NCBI GenBank assembly: GCA_028698875.1
Contig: JAQVVR010000006.1
Coordinates: forward strand, 46,924-110,923
Direction: 5' to 3'
Source of the DNA: Candidatus Izemoplasmatales bacterium
GTDB taxonomy: Bacteria; Bacillota_I; Bacilli_A; Izemoplasmatales; Hujiaoplasmataceae
Length of the DNA: 64,000 bases
The translations under genes and the position numbers were made by a program. Positions 63,963 through 64,000 of this stretch are shown in pieces; within the stretch, counting starts at the first letter, position 1, and the number at the start of each line of letters is the position of its first letter. Below the pieces are notes generated by a model. It made no database searches. It was not told the origin of the DNA and was given only the letters and a program-made list of their open reading frames with translations.

Positions 63963-64000
63963 ATGAGAATAAAGAAATTATTAGTTTTAGCTTTGAGTTT
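63963..64000 (+). CDS. 5' end of a further secreted/lipoprotein gene (signal peptide MRIKKLLVLALS..., truncated by window)
   Basis: ATG at 63963 preceded by an AT-rich promoter-like region; only 12 codons are visible. Confidence 0.3.
   Translation, partial: MRIKKLLVLALS

Overview
This window is the replication-origin region of a low-GC, lipoprotein-rich Firmicutes/Mollicutes-like chromosome (Acholeplasma- or Erysipelotrichia-like) and is densely packed with housekeeping genes. It begins with a 3'-truncated dnaA on the minus strand. A DnaA-box cluster and AT-rich unwinding element (oriC) follow, carrying a perfect TTGACA-17-TATAAT promoter for the co-directional rpmH-rnpA-yidC-jag-pth block. 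Next come a membrane protein, an SDR, mfd, yaaA-recF-gyrB-gyrA and serS. The yaaA-recF-gyrBA block is detached from dnaA. Downstream are HIT and HAD hydrolases (minus strand), a DagK-family lipid kinase, rnmV-ksgA, an EamA transporter, pyrR-glyA, glnA, hslO (minus), dusB and hflX (minus). A YfhO-CsbB-GtrA three-component glycosylation module follows, then a stand-alone cdaA (c-di-AMP cyclase) with no cdaR or glmM. After cdaA lie an unusual FAD-oxidoreductase/SCP2/polytopic-membrane fusion, a PAS/degenerate-GGDEF membrane sensor, ispD-ispF, yutD, a NifU-like gene and an S1-domain gene. An apparent Asn-specific T-box leader sits upstream of an alkD-like DNA-glycosylase gene plus asnS. Further genes are a purple-acid-phosphatase-like lipoprotein, a minus-strand hyp-nfeD-membrane-SPFH operon, ttcA, mnmE (minus), dnaX-ybaB-recR and a CUT1-type ABC importer (ATPase, two permeases, lipoprotein SBP). 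The window ends with a thermonuclease (SNase) lipoprotein and a 1667-aa surface lipoprotein built from Ig-like and OB-like repeats, an ~0.9-kb internal tandem duplication and a C-terminal lamin-tail domain. The most interesting candidate system is this ABC importer, SNase lipoprotein and giant LTD lipoprotein locus together with the PAP-like lipoprotein, a putative extracellular nucleic-acid capture and scavenging apparatus. Second is the cdaA-adjacent pair of atypical membrane proteins. No rRNA, tRNA, CRISPR, IS element or prophage genes were seen.
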